A DNA stretch of 64,000 nt from a virus (taxonomy: Duplodnaviria; Caudoviricetes), in the IMG/VR virus record IMGVR_UViG_3300029288_000010, positions 4,847-68,846 of that record; one strand, 5' to 3'. How positions within the stretch are numbered: the stretch's first letter is position 1; every line of letters starts with the position of its first letter. The notes under the pieces were generated by a model that worked only from the letters and a program-made list of their open reading frames with translations, was not told the origin of the DNA and ran no database searches. Positions 9,679 through 19,718 of this stretch are shown here, piece after piece. A program made the translations under genes and the position numbers.

Positions 9679-11511
9679 ATGAAACTAAAAACAGTTAGAA
9701 TTAAAGATTTTATGACAATACATAAAGCAACGGTTGAGCTTGACAATCAGGGCATTGTGTTGCTTCTTGGGGAGAATAGAGATGATAAGTTTGCTACATC
9801 TAACCTATCTGGTAAGTCAACAATATTTGAAGCTATCTGCTGGGGGCTATATGGCAAGACCTATAGGGGTATTAAGGGCAAAGAAGTAATAAGAGATGGA
9901 TGCAGTGGATGTAAGGTTGAAGTAGAACTTGAAGACTCTACATTTATAAATAGAGAAAGGACTGAAAATAAGGAATATCTAAGTACGATGTATCCAATAG
10001 AATTTGGCTCTGTTCCAAATGATACTGCATTGACCCAGGAGTCCCTAAATGAAAAACTTGGTATGGACTTTAACACATTTACAAGTTTTGTATATTTTGG
10101 AGATGATACTGCAAATAAAAACATAACCCTATTTGGAGAAGCTACTAATAGTGAAAAATTTAAAACCTTAAAGGCATTTCTAAATTTTGACCTTTGGGAT
10201 ACTGGATATGCTAATGCTAAAAGTGAACTAGATAAGCTGGAAAACTCTATTAGGAAGATAGCAACTGAAAAAATAGAACTTAATAACAAGAATAAAGTAA
10301 TAGAAGCTAAAATGGAATCTCTTTCAGAACACCTCAAAAGCCTATGGGAATCTTTACATAGCTTGTCAAATCCTGAAAACCAAGACGACTTAAACTTAGA
10401 AATGGGAATGAAAGACTTGTCAGATAAAGAATTGGATTTGTTAGCTAAGAAAAAAGCTCTTATAGAGTCCAAGGTCAACATTGCTAACCAAAGATCTTCT
10501 CTTATGCTTAAAAAGAGCAAGGTTGAAGCTGAAAATGGATCAATAAATGCTAATATATTAAGGATATCTGATAAAATTAGAGATCTTGAATCTGCCCAAT
10601 CTACAAAAATATGCCCATTTTGCAAACAGGAAATTAAAGAAGATACGGAGTGGACAAACTGCTACACAAAGATTGAAGAATTGGAAAAAGAAATCCAATA
10701 TTTAAGTGCTAATATGCTTGCCAATAAAGATGCTATTGAAGCATTGAAGATTGAAGTTGCCCAGTTGGGAGATAAAGAGAGCGAAGTTTGGAGGCTAATA
10801 TGTGAAGTTGATGATGAGATGAAAGAAATATCATCAAAGATGGGAATGATAAAACAAAAAGAAAAATCTAAAGCAGAAAGAGAAACATCTATAAAAAGGT
10901 ATGGCAATGAAATTGGAAAAACAGAAGAATCGTTAGAGAACATGGAAAAGGCAATAAAGTCTAATAGTGAAATGATAAAGCTGTTAGATGAATCTGTTAT
11001 TGAAATTGAGCATAAATGCAGAATATTAAGATTCTGGGTAAAGCAGGGATTTAAAGAAGGAGGAGCAAAAAATGTCGAGTTACGTAGAATTATCCCATTC
11101 ATCAACAACCACATTAAGTCTTACGTTTCGTCAATATTGTCATCAGATTATCCCATTACTCTTTCTCCTTGCAGGGAGCTTAAAAGTGGCAATATTAAAA
11201 ATGAAATATCAGTCGAAATGTCAGGAAATTATCAGCGTAAGTCTAGAAGTGAAAGAAGAAGAATTGATATTATTATCAATATGGCATTGTCTATGCTCCA
11301 TCCAAAATTTTGCAATGTTATCTTATGTGATGAATTGTTTAGTGCAATGGATGAAAAGGGGATGGAGATAATAATTAGATTCTTTAAATCTCTTATTGAG
11401 ATGGGCAAAGTTTCAAGTGTATTCTTGGCAAGCCCATATGACATGGATATAGATGTTGATAATAGAATAACTGTAATAAAAGAAAATGGCATGAGCCATG
11501 TAAAGGAGTAA
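9679..11511 (+). CDS. sbcC: Rad50/SbcC-like SMC ATPase with zinc hook
   Basis: MKLKTVRIKDF, SGKST, long coiled coil, CPFC hook, ILCDE.F..MD; several ABC motifs are degenerate. Confidence 0.85.
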   Translation: MKLKTVRIKDFMTIHKATVELDNQGIVLLLGENRDDKFATSNLSGKSTIFEAICWGLYGKTYRGIKGKEVIRDGCSGCKVEVELEDSTFINRERTENKEYLSTMYPIEFGSVPNDTALTQESLNEKLGMDFNTFTSFVYFGDDTANKNITLFGEATNSEKFKTLKAFLNFDLWDTGYANAKSELDKLENSIRKIATEKIELNNKNKVIEAKMESLSEHLKSLWESLHSLSNPENQDDLNLEMGMKDLSDKELDLLAKKKALIESKVNIANQRSSLMLKKSKVEAENGSINANILRISDKIRDLESAQSTKICPFCKQEIKEDTEWTNCYTKIEELEKEIQYLSANMLANKDAIEALKIEVAQLGDKESEVWRLICEVDDEMKEISSKMGMIKQKEKSKAERETSIKRYGNEIGKTEESLENMEKAIKSNSEMIKLLDESVIEIEHKCRILRFWVKQGFKEGGAKNVELRRIIPFINNHIKSYVSSILSSDYPITLSPCRELKSGNIKNEISVEMSGNYQRKSRSERRRIDIIINMALSMLHPKFCNVILCDELFSAMDEKGMEIIIRFFKSLIEMGKVSSVFLASPYDMDIDVDNRITVIKENGMSHVKE

Positions 11512-11513
11512 AA

Positions 11514-11639
11514 ATGGCTGGAATAGCGATTTGGATCGGCAGTATTTATTTAATAGTTTGCATTACTTGTTTTACCATATCTTCATACCATACTGCTGAA
11601 ATGGTTGATAAAATTGCAAAGAAAATGAAACTGAGGTGA
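11514..11639 (+). CDS. Small membrane protein (41 aa, not in track)
   Basis: AAGGAG SD; hydrophobic N-terminus MAGIAIWIGSIYLIVCITCF. Confidence 0.55.
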   Translation: MAGIAIWIGSIYLIVCITCFTISSYHTAEMVDKIAKKMKLR

Positions 11640-11642
11640 GTC

Positions 11643-11954
11643 ATGAAGCTATTTTTATCTAACAAGTCAAACGATGATGCTATAAGGATTAGAATTGAAA
11701 GAACAGAAGATGGGATGACTCTAACGGATGATAAGTCATTGCTATATTATATTATAGACAAATTTAGCATAGGCAAAGAATCTGCAAAGAGGATGATAGA
11801 AAAAGCAATAAAGCACAAGATGGAGTTGAATTTTTACAAAAATAAACTATATTATAATATAGCTACTTTATTTGACTTAGTTGATGAATATGAAGACTTT
11901 AAACAACACGTAACAAACATAATAGACACAACACGAGGAGACCTACATGCTTAA
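11643..11954 (+). CDS. Hypothetical protein
   Basis: GAGGTG SD, 103 aa. Confidence 0.6.
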   Translation: MKLFLSNKSNDDAIRIRIERTEDGMTLTDDKSLLYYIIDKFSIGKESAKRMIEKAIKHKMELNFYKNKLYYNIATLFDLVDEYEDFKQHVTNIIDTTRGDLHA

Positions 11955-12348
11955 TATGATAAAGAAATTTATAAAAAGTAACACTTTTGATATTATAATG
12001 GGTGGCATAATTGTACTAGTGGCAATATGCTCTATTTTAGCAATGGCATATGGCGTAGCTAAGATAACAGAACCATTCCGTGACAATAAAATAGAAACTC
12101 ATTTAATATCTGGAGTAATAACTGGGGCAGAGTATGATGGAAATAGTGTAATAGTTGAAATGCAAGATAGTGATGCTGAAATAAAATACATTAGATTGAA
12201 CAATATTATTGGTCATGTATTGTGGGTATTTGGAGACACAACTATTATCTATGATAGTAATGGTAATATTATAAAAACATACAAAACTCCTCAATCCAAC
12301 AATACAAAACCAGAACCACCTGAAAATGTAAGGAGCATAAACAAATGA
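11947..12348 (+). CDS. Membrane-anchored hypothetical protein
   Basis: One N-terminal TM segment. Confidence 0.65.
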   Translation: MLNMIKKFIKSNTFDIIMGGIIVLVAICSILAMAYGVAKITEPFRDNKIETHLISGVITGAEYDGNSVIVEMQDSDAEIKYIRLNNIIGHVLWVFGDTTIIYDSNGNIIKTYKTPQSNNTKPEPPENVRSINK

Positions 12349-12869
12349 AAATATTAGCAATAGATCCAGGCAGTGAAAAATCTGCCTTTATAGCATGGGA
12401 TACCGAAAAGCATGAAATAATAAAAGGGGAGTATGTTTGGTTTGAAGACACAAAAATACTAGGAATTGAAAATAATGAATACATCATAGATTGCATGTTG
12501 TGTGAGGAAACTAATATAGTCTGGGGGATGGACTTGATTGCTATTGAAATGATTTCATCTTATGGCTTTTCGGTTGGAAAATCTGTATTCCAAACCATAA
12601 AGTGGATAGGAAGATTCGAAGAATACATAAAGCATGTTGTAAACATAGCTATAAAGAAAAATGTTCCAGTCCAATTTTATACTAGACCAACCATAAAAGG
12701 AGCGCTTGGGTGTAGGAATGATGCAGAAGTAAGACAGGCTATAAGGATGGAATATGGAGAAGCAAGGAAAGGAGAAAAACTTGAAAGAGTAAGGAAAGAT
12801 ATTTGGCAAGCTGTAGCATTGGCTATTGCATTAGAGAAAAACCCAAACTTAAAGCAATGGGAGGAATAA
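12345..12869 (+). CDS. RuvC-like Holliday junction resolvase
   Basis: ILAIDPG, IAIEMI, YG.SV..T..WIGRF, acidic/Ala C-terminal helix. Confidence 0.7.
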   Translation: MKILAIDPGSEKSAFIAWDTEKHEIIKGEYVWFEDTKILGIENNEYIIDCMLCEETNIVWGMDLIAIEMISSYGFSVGKSVFQTIKWIGRFEEYIKHVVNIAIKKNVPVQFYTRPTIKGALGCRNDAEVRQAIRMEYGEARKGEKLERVRKDIWQAVALAIALEKNPNLKQWEE

Positions 12870-12871
12870 AT

Positions 12872-13195
12872 ATGACTAAAAAGATATGCTGTAACTTTAA
12901 TGAACTACTAGATCTTGCATTGGCCCATGCTCCAAGGCGCATCACTTCTATTAGTAATTTTTCAGCAATATCATTTATCCAAAAACTAATTATGTGGTTC
13001 AATATTGGAGGCTATTCTTACATTAGAAAGGGCCCATGCTCACTATATTCTATAATGGTCAGTAAGGAGATGTTTCATATTTTAAAAGAAGAGCTATTGT
13101 CATTATTTATTAATAATGACATAAAACAATCTGCGCATAACTCAGAGGAGGTCTTAATACTCGGAGTAAGAATCACCCCAAGTCAATATCTATAG
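12872..13195 (+). CDS. Hypothetical protein
   Basis: Likely start 12872 after GGAGG SD within ORF 12803..13195. Confidence 0.5.
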   Translation: MTKKICCNFNELLDLALAHAPRRITSISNFSAISFIQKLIMWFNIGGYSYIRKGPCSLYSIMVSKEMFHILKEELLSLFINNDIKQSAHNSEEVLILGVRITPSQYL

Positions 13196-13210
13196 GAGGT
13201 AAGTATTGCA

Positions 13211-13411
13211 ATGAAATTTAGGTTAGATGATACAGAAGATAATAGATCAGCTTTCAATGAAGTAAATAGATGTATCCAAGTTGGCAGAGCATTTATTGTA
13301 TATTACAATAAAGAAGATAAGAATACTTATATTCTACTAACTGGTCAAGAAGCTATAGATTTCAATTTAGATAGAGAAAAACATATTTACATTTCATCAG
13401 GAGGATTGTAA
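13211..13411 (+). CDS. Hypothetical protein
   Basis: AGGAGG SD, 66 aa. Confidence 0.55.
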   Translation: MKFRLDDTEDNRSAFNEVNRCIQVGRAFIVYYNKEDKNTYILLTGQEAIDFNLDREKHIYISSGGL

Positions 13412-14005
13412 GTGACACAGGTTATTAAATCAATACAGAATAGAGATCAAGATGTTTTGATGGCAATAAGGGAATTATACTTATATGGAGAGAAATTTGA
13501 ATTGGACCCCTGTTATTCTTCTGGAAAGTTCTATGAAGGAATTGAGCCACCAAATATAACAATGGACAAAGAGCCTGCTAATTACAAAATTATTAAAAAT
13601 GACATTATGGATGGGATACCATGTAAAGATAGCTCAATTACAAGTATAGTTTTTGACCCACCATTCATGTTTGGAACACATGGTCAAACTAAAAACAATA
13701 TAATGACCAAAAGATTTACCATGTTTGATAGTTGGGAACAATTAGAGCAAATGTATAAAAAGGCACTATCTGAATTTTATAGGATTCTGGTTAAAGGTGG
13801 AATAGTTGCTTTTAAGTGCCAGGACTACACAGACAGTAGAACTACACTAACTCATTGCTTTGTTCATAACTGGGCCATTGAGAATGGCTTTAAGATTGAA
13901 GACTTGTTTATAATGGTATTTAGCGGAGTCAGGATTTGGAATAGCAACTTAACACAGAGACATGCAAGGAAATATCATTCCTACTGGATAGTATTAAGGA
14001 AATAA
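13412..14005 (+). CDS. Small phage amino-methyltransferase (N6-adenine/N4-cytosine type)
   Basis: ELDPCYSSGKFY SAM-binding-like region, catalytic FDPPF, E.YRIL..GG..FKCQD. Confidence 0.75.
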   Translation: MTQVIKSIQNRDQDVLMAIRELYLYGEKFELDPCYSSGKFYEGIEPPNITMDKEPANYKIIKNDIMDGIPCKDSSITSIVFDPPFMFGTHGQTKNNIMTKRFTMFDSWEQLEQMYKKALSEFYRILVKGGIVAFKCQDYTDSRTTLTHCFVHNWAIENGFKIEDLFIMVFSGVRIWNSNLTQRHARKYHSYWIVLRK

Positions 14006-14682
14006 TGGAAAATAAAACTATAGATAAATACCTATTAAAGTATAAAGAAACTTTAGATGAAAGCTACAAGAATGCCCTCATAACAGAAATATACTTCATG
14101 GCAAAGAGGTTTGTTAGAGTATTAAAGACTAGGAAAAACTATAGCAACATGGACAGTAATGAGTTAATCAATGTTGCAATAATTAGAGCAATGGAAATTA
14201 TAAACAACACAGGCAGTGACCTATATAAAGTAGAAAGCAAGTCTGGGTATATAATGGGCATAATAAAGAACTCTATGAAAGAATATGTTAGATCTCTAAA
14301 AGATAATAGGGAGTACAATATAGATGATTTAGAAAGCCCAGATTACTTTATAGCTATCAATAGGAAGAATATTGCAATAGAAATAAAGGATAAGCACGAA
14401 ATAAAGCAAAGAGCATCTTTAATTTTAAAAGCAATTAAGTCCTTTAGGGTTCCTCATTATATCAATATAGGCATGGATTTGGATAAAACTGTTAAAATAA
14501 TTGATGAGGCAGTTGACAAAATCAAAAAAAATTACTATATTATTATAAGAGATGAAAGAAGATTTAAGATGAAAGTAAATTTAGAATATAAAATAAGAAA
14601 GGAGCAGAAGCAATTTATTGTTAGTTATTACAACTACCTATTAAAAAAACATGTAGAACAATACCAGTTGCTTGATAATTAA
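14005..14682 (+). CDS. Putative sigma70-like transcription factor
   Basis: ELINVAIIRAMEII...SGYI.GIIKN.M.EY.R resembles sigma region 2; lies just before packaging genes. Confidence 0.45.
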   Translation: MENKTIDKYLLKYKETLDESYKNALITEIYFMAKRFVRVLKTRKNYSNMDSNELINVAIIRAMEIINNTGSDLYKVESKSGYIMGIIKNSMKEYVRSLKDNREYNIDDLESPDYFIAINRKNIAIEIKDKHEIKQRASLILKAIKSFRVPHYINIGMDLDKTVKIIDEAVDKIKKNYYIIIRDERRFKMKVNLEYKIRKEQKQFIVSYYNYLLKKHVEQYQLLDN

Positions 14683-15307
14683 GATGGCAGACCTGATACA
14701 CCAAGATATGACAGAAGACCAGAAGAATAATGCTATTGCTACATGGCTAATGTATGGATCTAAATTAACAAGAAGGGCAGCAAATGAGTGCTCTTCTGGA
14801 GACGATCCAAATGAATTAGTAAATGTATCTGGAATTAAACTTGCTAAGTTAATGGGATATAGTATAAATGAATATAGGTTGAAGTTTCTTCCTGCCGTTA
14901 AGGCAATGGAAAACTTCATAGGAATCCACGTTGATAGTAAGATGGTTCAGGAAACATTTTTTGACATAGCCATAGACACCTACACTAGGATAACCAATAA
15001 CCAAATAAAGTTAGAGGAGGACAAGGATTTATTCAGAAAGGTTTTACATGAGGTTATGGAAAAACCAATGAATGAAGTCTCTGATAGAGACCTAGATATA
15101 TTAAAGCATTACTCCAAGGTTCTTGCTACAATGTCATCTATATCAGGGAGACAAATAGAAGCTCCTGCTGCTGCATTTTCTGCAATAACTGAAGGGCTAT
15201 CTAAGTTAAACAAGCAACCAGATTTGCATGTTAATCAGGATTTTTCAAATAATCCAAGACAATATATACTAAACCAAAATGGAAATAAGGAAAATAACGA
15301 TGGCTGA
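14672..15307 (+). CDS. Hypothetical protein, terminase small subunit candidate
   Basis: Helical 211 aa two genes upstream of TerL; position only. Confidence 0.4.
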   Translation: MIIKMADLIHQDMTEDQKNNAIATWLMYGSKLTRRAANECSSGDDPNELVNVSGIKLAKLMGYSINEYRLKFLPAVKAMENFIGIHVDSKMVQETFFDIAIDTYTRITNNQIKLEEDKDLFRKVLHEVMEKPMNEVSDRDLDILKHYSKVLATMSSISGRQIEAPAAAFSAITEGLSKLNKQPDLHVNQDFSNNPRQYILNQNGNKENNDG

Positions 15308-15899
15308 GAAAAAAGAGAAAAAAGAAGTTTGTATGAACAGTAAGGAATTAAATAACTTACTATATGGCAAAAATCCCTGCAAGTTCTTAATGAAATTAAG
15401 ACATGGATTTGATCCATTGCATTTAATGATCCTAAAAATAGACTATGCAGAGGAATATCTAAACCTCTCCATTAAAGAGCTTATGGTTAGCATGAAGTTA
15501 TTTAAAAAACTATACTGCTCCATCATGTCAGTAACTTCTAAATTCTTTGAAGACAAGAAACCCACCTACTTCTATTTGCATGGGACAAAAATTGTTCCAA
15601 GTAACTATATCGGGGAAAAAGTAAAGGATGCTATTGGCAAGGAAAATCCAACAACTCCAACTCCTGGAGTTGAATCATTGCATTCCATTTCAGATGAGCA
15701 TTTTACAAATCTAAAAGAATACAAAGAGATAAAAGATCTATTGAGCATAATTGACACACTACTACATATCAAAGGATTATATCAGTTAAGCCAGTTAAAC
15801 AAGAAAACTCAAAGGGGAATATTGAATTTTACCACCCAGACATGCTTTCTTTTGTCCCAATGTTTTCAAGAGCTACCCTTACTCCACAGAGTTAATTAA
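15300..15899 (+). CDS. Hypothetical protein
   Basis: ORF 15279..15899, likely start 15300 (AAGGA SD). Confidence 0.6.
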   Translation: MAEKKEKKEVCMNSKELNNLLYGKNPCKFLMKLRHGFDPLHLMILKIDYAEEYLNLSIKELMVSMKLFKKLYCSIMSVTSKFFEDKKPTYFYLHGTKIVPSNYIGEKVKDAIGKENPTTPTPGVESLHSISDEHFTNLKEYKEIKDLLSIIDTLLHIKGLYQLSQLNKKTQRGILNFTTQTCFLLSQCFQELPLLHRVN

Positions 15900-15903
15900 C
15901 AAA

Positions 15904-17580
15904 ATGGCAATAGAACTTAATAAACTTGAATTTGATAGGGCAATATCTGATACTGAAGATGGATTTAGGTTCTATTGTAAATATGTTCGAATAGTAGATA
16001 AAAAGGCTAAACTAGTAAGATTTGAACTTAATCATGTTCAGAACTTACTTATAGAAGAGTTTTTTAAACCAAAAGTTAGATTGATGATCCTAAAGTGTAG
16101 GCAAAGGGGAGTTACGACCCTTGCCACACAATTAGGATTAAAGAGAGCCATAACAATCCCAAACAAAAGAGGAGCTGTTTATTTACACAGATTCCCACCG
16201 ACCAGAGAGCTTGGGAGAAAATGCCAGGTAACATATAATCACTTGCCAATGATATTTAAAAATCCCAAGCTCGATACAGTTGGTATATCAGAAGTAAATA
16301 TTAGTGAATTAAATTCAACTTTAAAGTTTGTAACTGCTGGACAAAGAGGAGCTGCATCTAGATCTGAAACATTGGATTTTCTGCATTTATCAGAGCCTGC
16401 ATTTTATGAAAGCTTAACAGAGACTCTTACTGCTGCAAGGGATTCAGTCCCAGATGAAGATGGAACATATTTAGTACTAGAAAGTACTCCAAATACAATA
16501 TCGGACCCATTTGCAAAATTATGGTTTGCAAGTAAAGCAGGATTGTCTGAATTTAAAACATTCTTCTATCCATGGCATGCTGACCCAGAAGCAATAATAA
16601 TAGACAATGACCTATATGAACCATGGGAAGGTTCAGATGAAGAGAATTTAGCCCAAAGAAAATATGAGTTAACAATACCACAACTTAAGTGGAGAAGAAA
16701 AGCAATCCAGAAATATGTCATGGATGGAGAAGGTGGTAGTGCTCTAAAGATATTTAAAAGAGAGCACCCAGAAAGTGATACTGATTGCTTCATGGCAGAC
16801 CAGTGTGCATTTTTTCCAACAGAAGTCATACAAGATCATATAGGAAGAGTAGAGATAGATACTAGGGAAGGGCAAATAACTCCACAAAAGGGAATAAACT
16901 TTTTTACAAACCCTGAAATGAGAGTATTATTAAAAGATGCAATTATATTTAAAGATGTAGAACATGGGAGAAGGTATGCTCTATCTGGGGATACTAGTGA
17001 AGGAATAGACAAGGGGGACTTTCAGGCTGGAATAGTTTTAGACTTAGACAGCGGTGAGCAATGCGCACAGATAAATACAAAGGTAGATGTATATACATTT
17101 ACTAAAATGCTTAATGTATTAGGAAGGTATTATAATGACGCAATACTTGCTGTTGAATTTAACAATCATGGTATTGCAGTAGTAGAATGGCTAGTTAGAG
17201 AATTTAATTACCCAAATTTATATAGAAGTACCACAAGAAGGAATCTTGGGACAGGTCAAAGGCATGTATCAAGATATGGATTTTATACAACAAGTGGGCT
17301 GGAAGTTAATACAAAAAGATACATTATGGACAATTTATCTCAAAGCTTAACTGCTGGGGAAATATTGCCTATGGACAAAACTTGCCTTGAGCAATTATTG
17401 CATTACCAAGAAAAAGACAGAAGGCTATCAGCTCCAGAAGGAATGTTTGATGACTTAGTTATGGCATTAGCTATAGCATGGAATTGTAGAAGTCAAAACA
17501 CTTCTCATATTGATATATTCACATCAAGGATTTCACAAAGATCTCAAGATAGTGGAATTACACTTCATTTGAATTATTAA
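15904..17580 (+). CDS. terL: Terminase large subunit
   Basis: Walker A LKCRQRGVTT, Walker B FLHLSE, ESTPN, nuclease SGDTSEG..GD and DDLVMALAIA. Confidence 0.93.
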   Translation: MAIELNKLEFDRAISDTEDGFRFYCKYVRIVDKKAKLVRFELNHVQNLLIEEFFKPKVRLMILKCRQRGVTTLATQLGLKRAITIPNKRGAVYLHRFPPTRELGRKCQVTYNHLPMIFKNPKLDTVGISEVNISELNSTLKFVTAGQRGAASRSETLDFLHLSEPAFYESLTETLTAARDSVPDEDGTYLVLESTPNTISDPFAKLWFASKAGLSEFKTFFYPWHADPEAIIIDNDLYEPWEGSDEENLAQRKYELTIPQLKWRRKAIQKYVMDGEGGSALKIFKREHPESDTDCFMADQCAFFPTEVIQDHIGRVEIDTREGQITPQKGINFFTNPEMRVLLKDAIIFKDVEHGRRYALSGDTSEGIDKGDFQAGIVLDLDSGEQCAQINTKVDVYTFTKMLNVLGRYYNDAILAVEFNNHGIAVVEWLVREFNYPNLYRSTTRRNLGTGQRHVSRYGFYTTSGLEVNTKRYIMDNLSQSLTAGEILPMDKTCLEQLLHYQEKDRRLSAPEGMFDDLVMALAIAWNCRSQNTSHIDIFTSRISQRSQDSGITLHLNY

Positions 17581-17596
17581 ACGAAAGGAATAAAGT

Positions 17597-17998
17597 ATGT
17601 CAAATTCAGATTTTACCATTAGGCGCAGTTTAGATGGCAATGATTTAATTATAAGCTATTTTGAAATTTTAAAAAATAGAGAAAGAATTAAAAAGAGCAA
17701 AGCAATACCATTGAAAGATATTTTAAAAATTGAGCCTATATTGATAAAAGAACATATAATATTTTATAAAAGTTGCCCAGTCCCAGATATATATGGGAAT
17801 TACCCATGTGCATTAGTTTGTGGCTCTATGAAAATAATAGGGAAAGATGGATCAACTCTATTTGATATTATCTTAACAAGACCAGAAGACTTTGATGATT
17901 TTCTCAAAAGAGACAATTCATTGCTATATTCAGAGCAAGAATATTTTATTAGAAGTATAAAAGCTCTAAACTATGATTTGGGTCTAACCAATTCTTGA
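17597..17998 (+). CDS. Hypothetical protein between terL and portal
   Basis: AAAGGA SD, 133 aa. Confidence 0.6.
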   Translation: MSNSDFTIRRSLDGNDLIISYFEILKNRERIKKSKAIPLKDILKIEPILIKEHIIFYKSCPVPDIYGNYPCALVCGSMKIIGKDGSTLFDIILTRPEDFDDFLKRDNSLLYSEQEYFIRSIKALNYDLGLTNS

Positions 17999-18023
17999 CA
18001 TACCTATTTAAAATGTTTATAAT
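17995..18023 (+). promoter_or_regulatory. Perfect consensus sigma70 promoter for the head operon
   Basis: TTGACA(17995-18000)-17 nt-TATAAT(18018-23). Confidence 0.8.
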
Positions 18024-18053
18024 TACAATATGAACATTATAAGATAGGATTGT

Positions 18054-19718
18054 ATGCCAAGAAAAAAAATAGTAAATACTGTTCCAAGCCCAGAACCACA
18101 GAGCAATGGTATTAAAATAGGTTATGCATCTAACGTAGATCTAAAAACATTACAGTTACTTAAAAGACTAAATGAAGATGATGACAACCTATTTAAAGAC
18201 AAAGTTAAAGAATGCTCCATGGCATTGCACAAAACATACCTACTCCAAAAGGGATACTCACCAAGAAAAATATCTAAGATGTATTCCAATACTCAGGAAT
18301 TTGTGGAGCCTCCTTGGGACGTAGATTTACTTCTTGATTTAGTTAGGTTCAATACGTGGCACAAAACTTGCATAGATGTAAAATCTGAAGATGCAGTTAG
18401 ACATGGGATAAAGTATTACAAAGATGGAATAGTAAGCAATGCTGCTGATGCAAATAAAACTAAAATAAAAGACTTCTTTGAAAAGCCAAACTCTGAAGGA
18501 ATGAATATGTATGGAGTTTGTGTAGCACTTCTACAGGACTTACAGAGAAGCAATGCAAATATGGCAGTGGAAGTTGTAAGGACACTCAAAAGTCTCTATG
18601 ATGTAAATTCACCTATAGTAGAAATCAAGCACGTAGATGTGACAAGGATAAAGCCTCACAAATATGCTTTCGTTTCTCCACTAGACCCAAAATACACTCC
18701 AATATTTAAATATGTATCAGCCTATGATGATGACAAGGATAAATATTTTAAGGCATTTGGAGCAGTGGATGCCAATGGCAATCCTTTAATATATGACAAA
18801 TATACCGGGGAAAGAATAGGCAAAGAAAATCCCCTTGAGCCAAATGAAGATGGGACTTTAAATTTAGATAGAGTAGCAACTGAGCTTATATATAAAGTAA
18901 TATATGAGCCAAATGGTGGAGATGACAGTTACCCATACTTCCCATATTATGGATTAAACCCAATAATACCAATGATACTGGCTACAGTTGGATTTAGAAA
19001 TGCAGCTATGTTTAATATTAAATTCTTCAAACAAACAATAAAGAATTTGATAATGCTAAAGGGAAGATTGAGCCCTGCAAGCGAGAAGAAGTTTAATGAT
19101 TATATGGAAGTCTGCATGACAGACCCAGAAATGCTCCCAGATCTTTACGCTCACACAGATGACCCAGATGGCGGAATAGAAGTTAAACAACTCATAGATA
19201 GAGCATTAGAAGCAAGTTTCTTGCAATACTCATCCATGAATAGAGATGAAATTATAGCTGGGCATAAAGTTCCTGCAAATAGAGTATATACTCCTGAAGC
19301 TGGAAAATTGTCTGGAAATATAGCTGAAACATCCAATGAAGTATATAAAGACACCACATTGGCTCCATTACAAAGAATGCTTGACGAAGAACTAATAAAC
19401 CCATTTATTATTAAAATGGGTCTAGGAATATCAGACTGGACTATTAAATTCAATAGACTTGGAACTATTGATCACAGGTTCCTGTTGGATGAAGTTAGAT
19501 CTTTGGTTGATAGGGGGATAATAACACTAGGAGAATCAGCAAACATACTTGGCATAGAAAGTGAAATGGATGACGAAACAAGGAATATGCGTATTATATT
19601 ATCATCCTATATGCCATTGAAGTTGATGCAACATCAAACATTGCAAGATAGGATTCCTAGTGATAGTGGAGCAATAATGAACCCAGCACAATTAAATCCA
19701 CCAGTTAAGGGTAAATAA
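18054..19718 (+). CDS. Portal protein (PBSX/HK97-like)
   Basis: Follows TerL; WHKTCIDVK.ED, FLQYS..NRDEIIAGHKVP, LAPLQ..L.E.IN, GIIT..E motifs. Confidence 0.88.
   Translation: MPRKKIVNTVPSPEPQSNGIKIGYASNVDLKTLQLLKRLNEDDDNLFKDKVKECSMALHKTYLLQKGYSPRKISKMYSNTQEFVEPPWDVDLLLDLVRFNTWHKTCIDVKSEDAVRHGIKYYKDGIVSNAADANKTKIKDFFEKPNSEGMNMYGVCVALLQDLQRSNANMAVEVVRTLKSLYDVNSPIVEIKHVDVTRIKPHKYAFVSPLDPKYTPIFKYVSAYDDDKDKYFKAFGAVDANGNPLIYDKYTGERIGKENPLEPNEDGTLNLDRVATELIYKVIYEPNGGDDSYPYFPYYGLNPIIPMILATVGFRNAAMFNIKFFKQTIKNLIMLKGRLSPASEKKFNDYMEVCMTDPEMLPDLYAHTDDPDGGIEVKQLIDRALEASFLQYSSMNRDEIIAGHKVPANRVYTPEAGKLSGNIAETSNEVYKDTTLAPLQRMLDEELINPFIIKMGLGISDWTIKFNRLGTIDHRFLLDEVRSLVDRGIITLGESANILGIESEMDDETRNMRIILSSYMPLKLMQHQTLQDRIPSDSGAIMNPAQLNPPVKGK

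Noticed and set aside
9861-10625. 254-aa minus-strand ORF and the other antisense ORFs in the track
   Set aside because: They are shadows of + strand genes, with Ser/Leu/Phe-rich composition, no SD and no motifs
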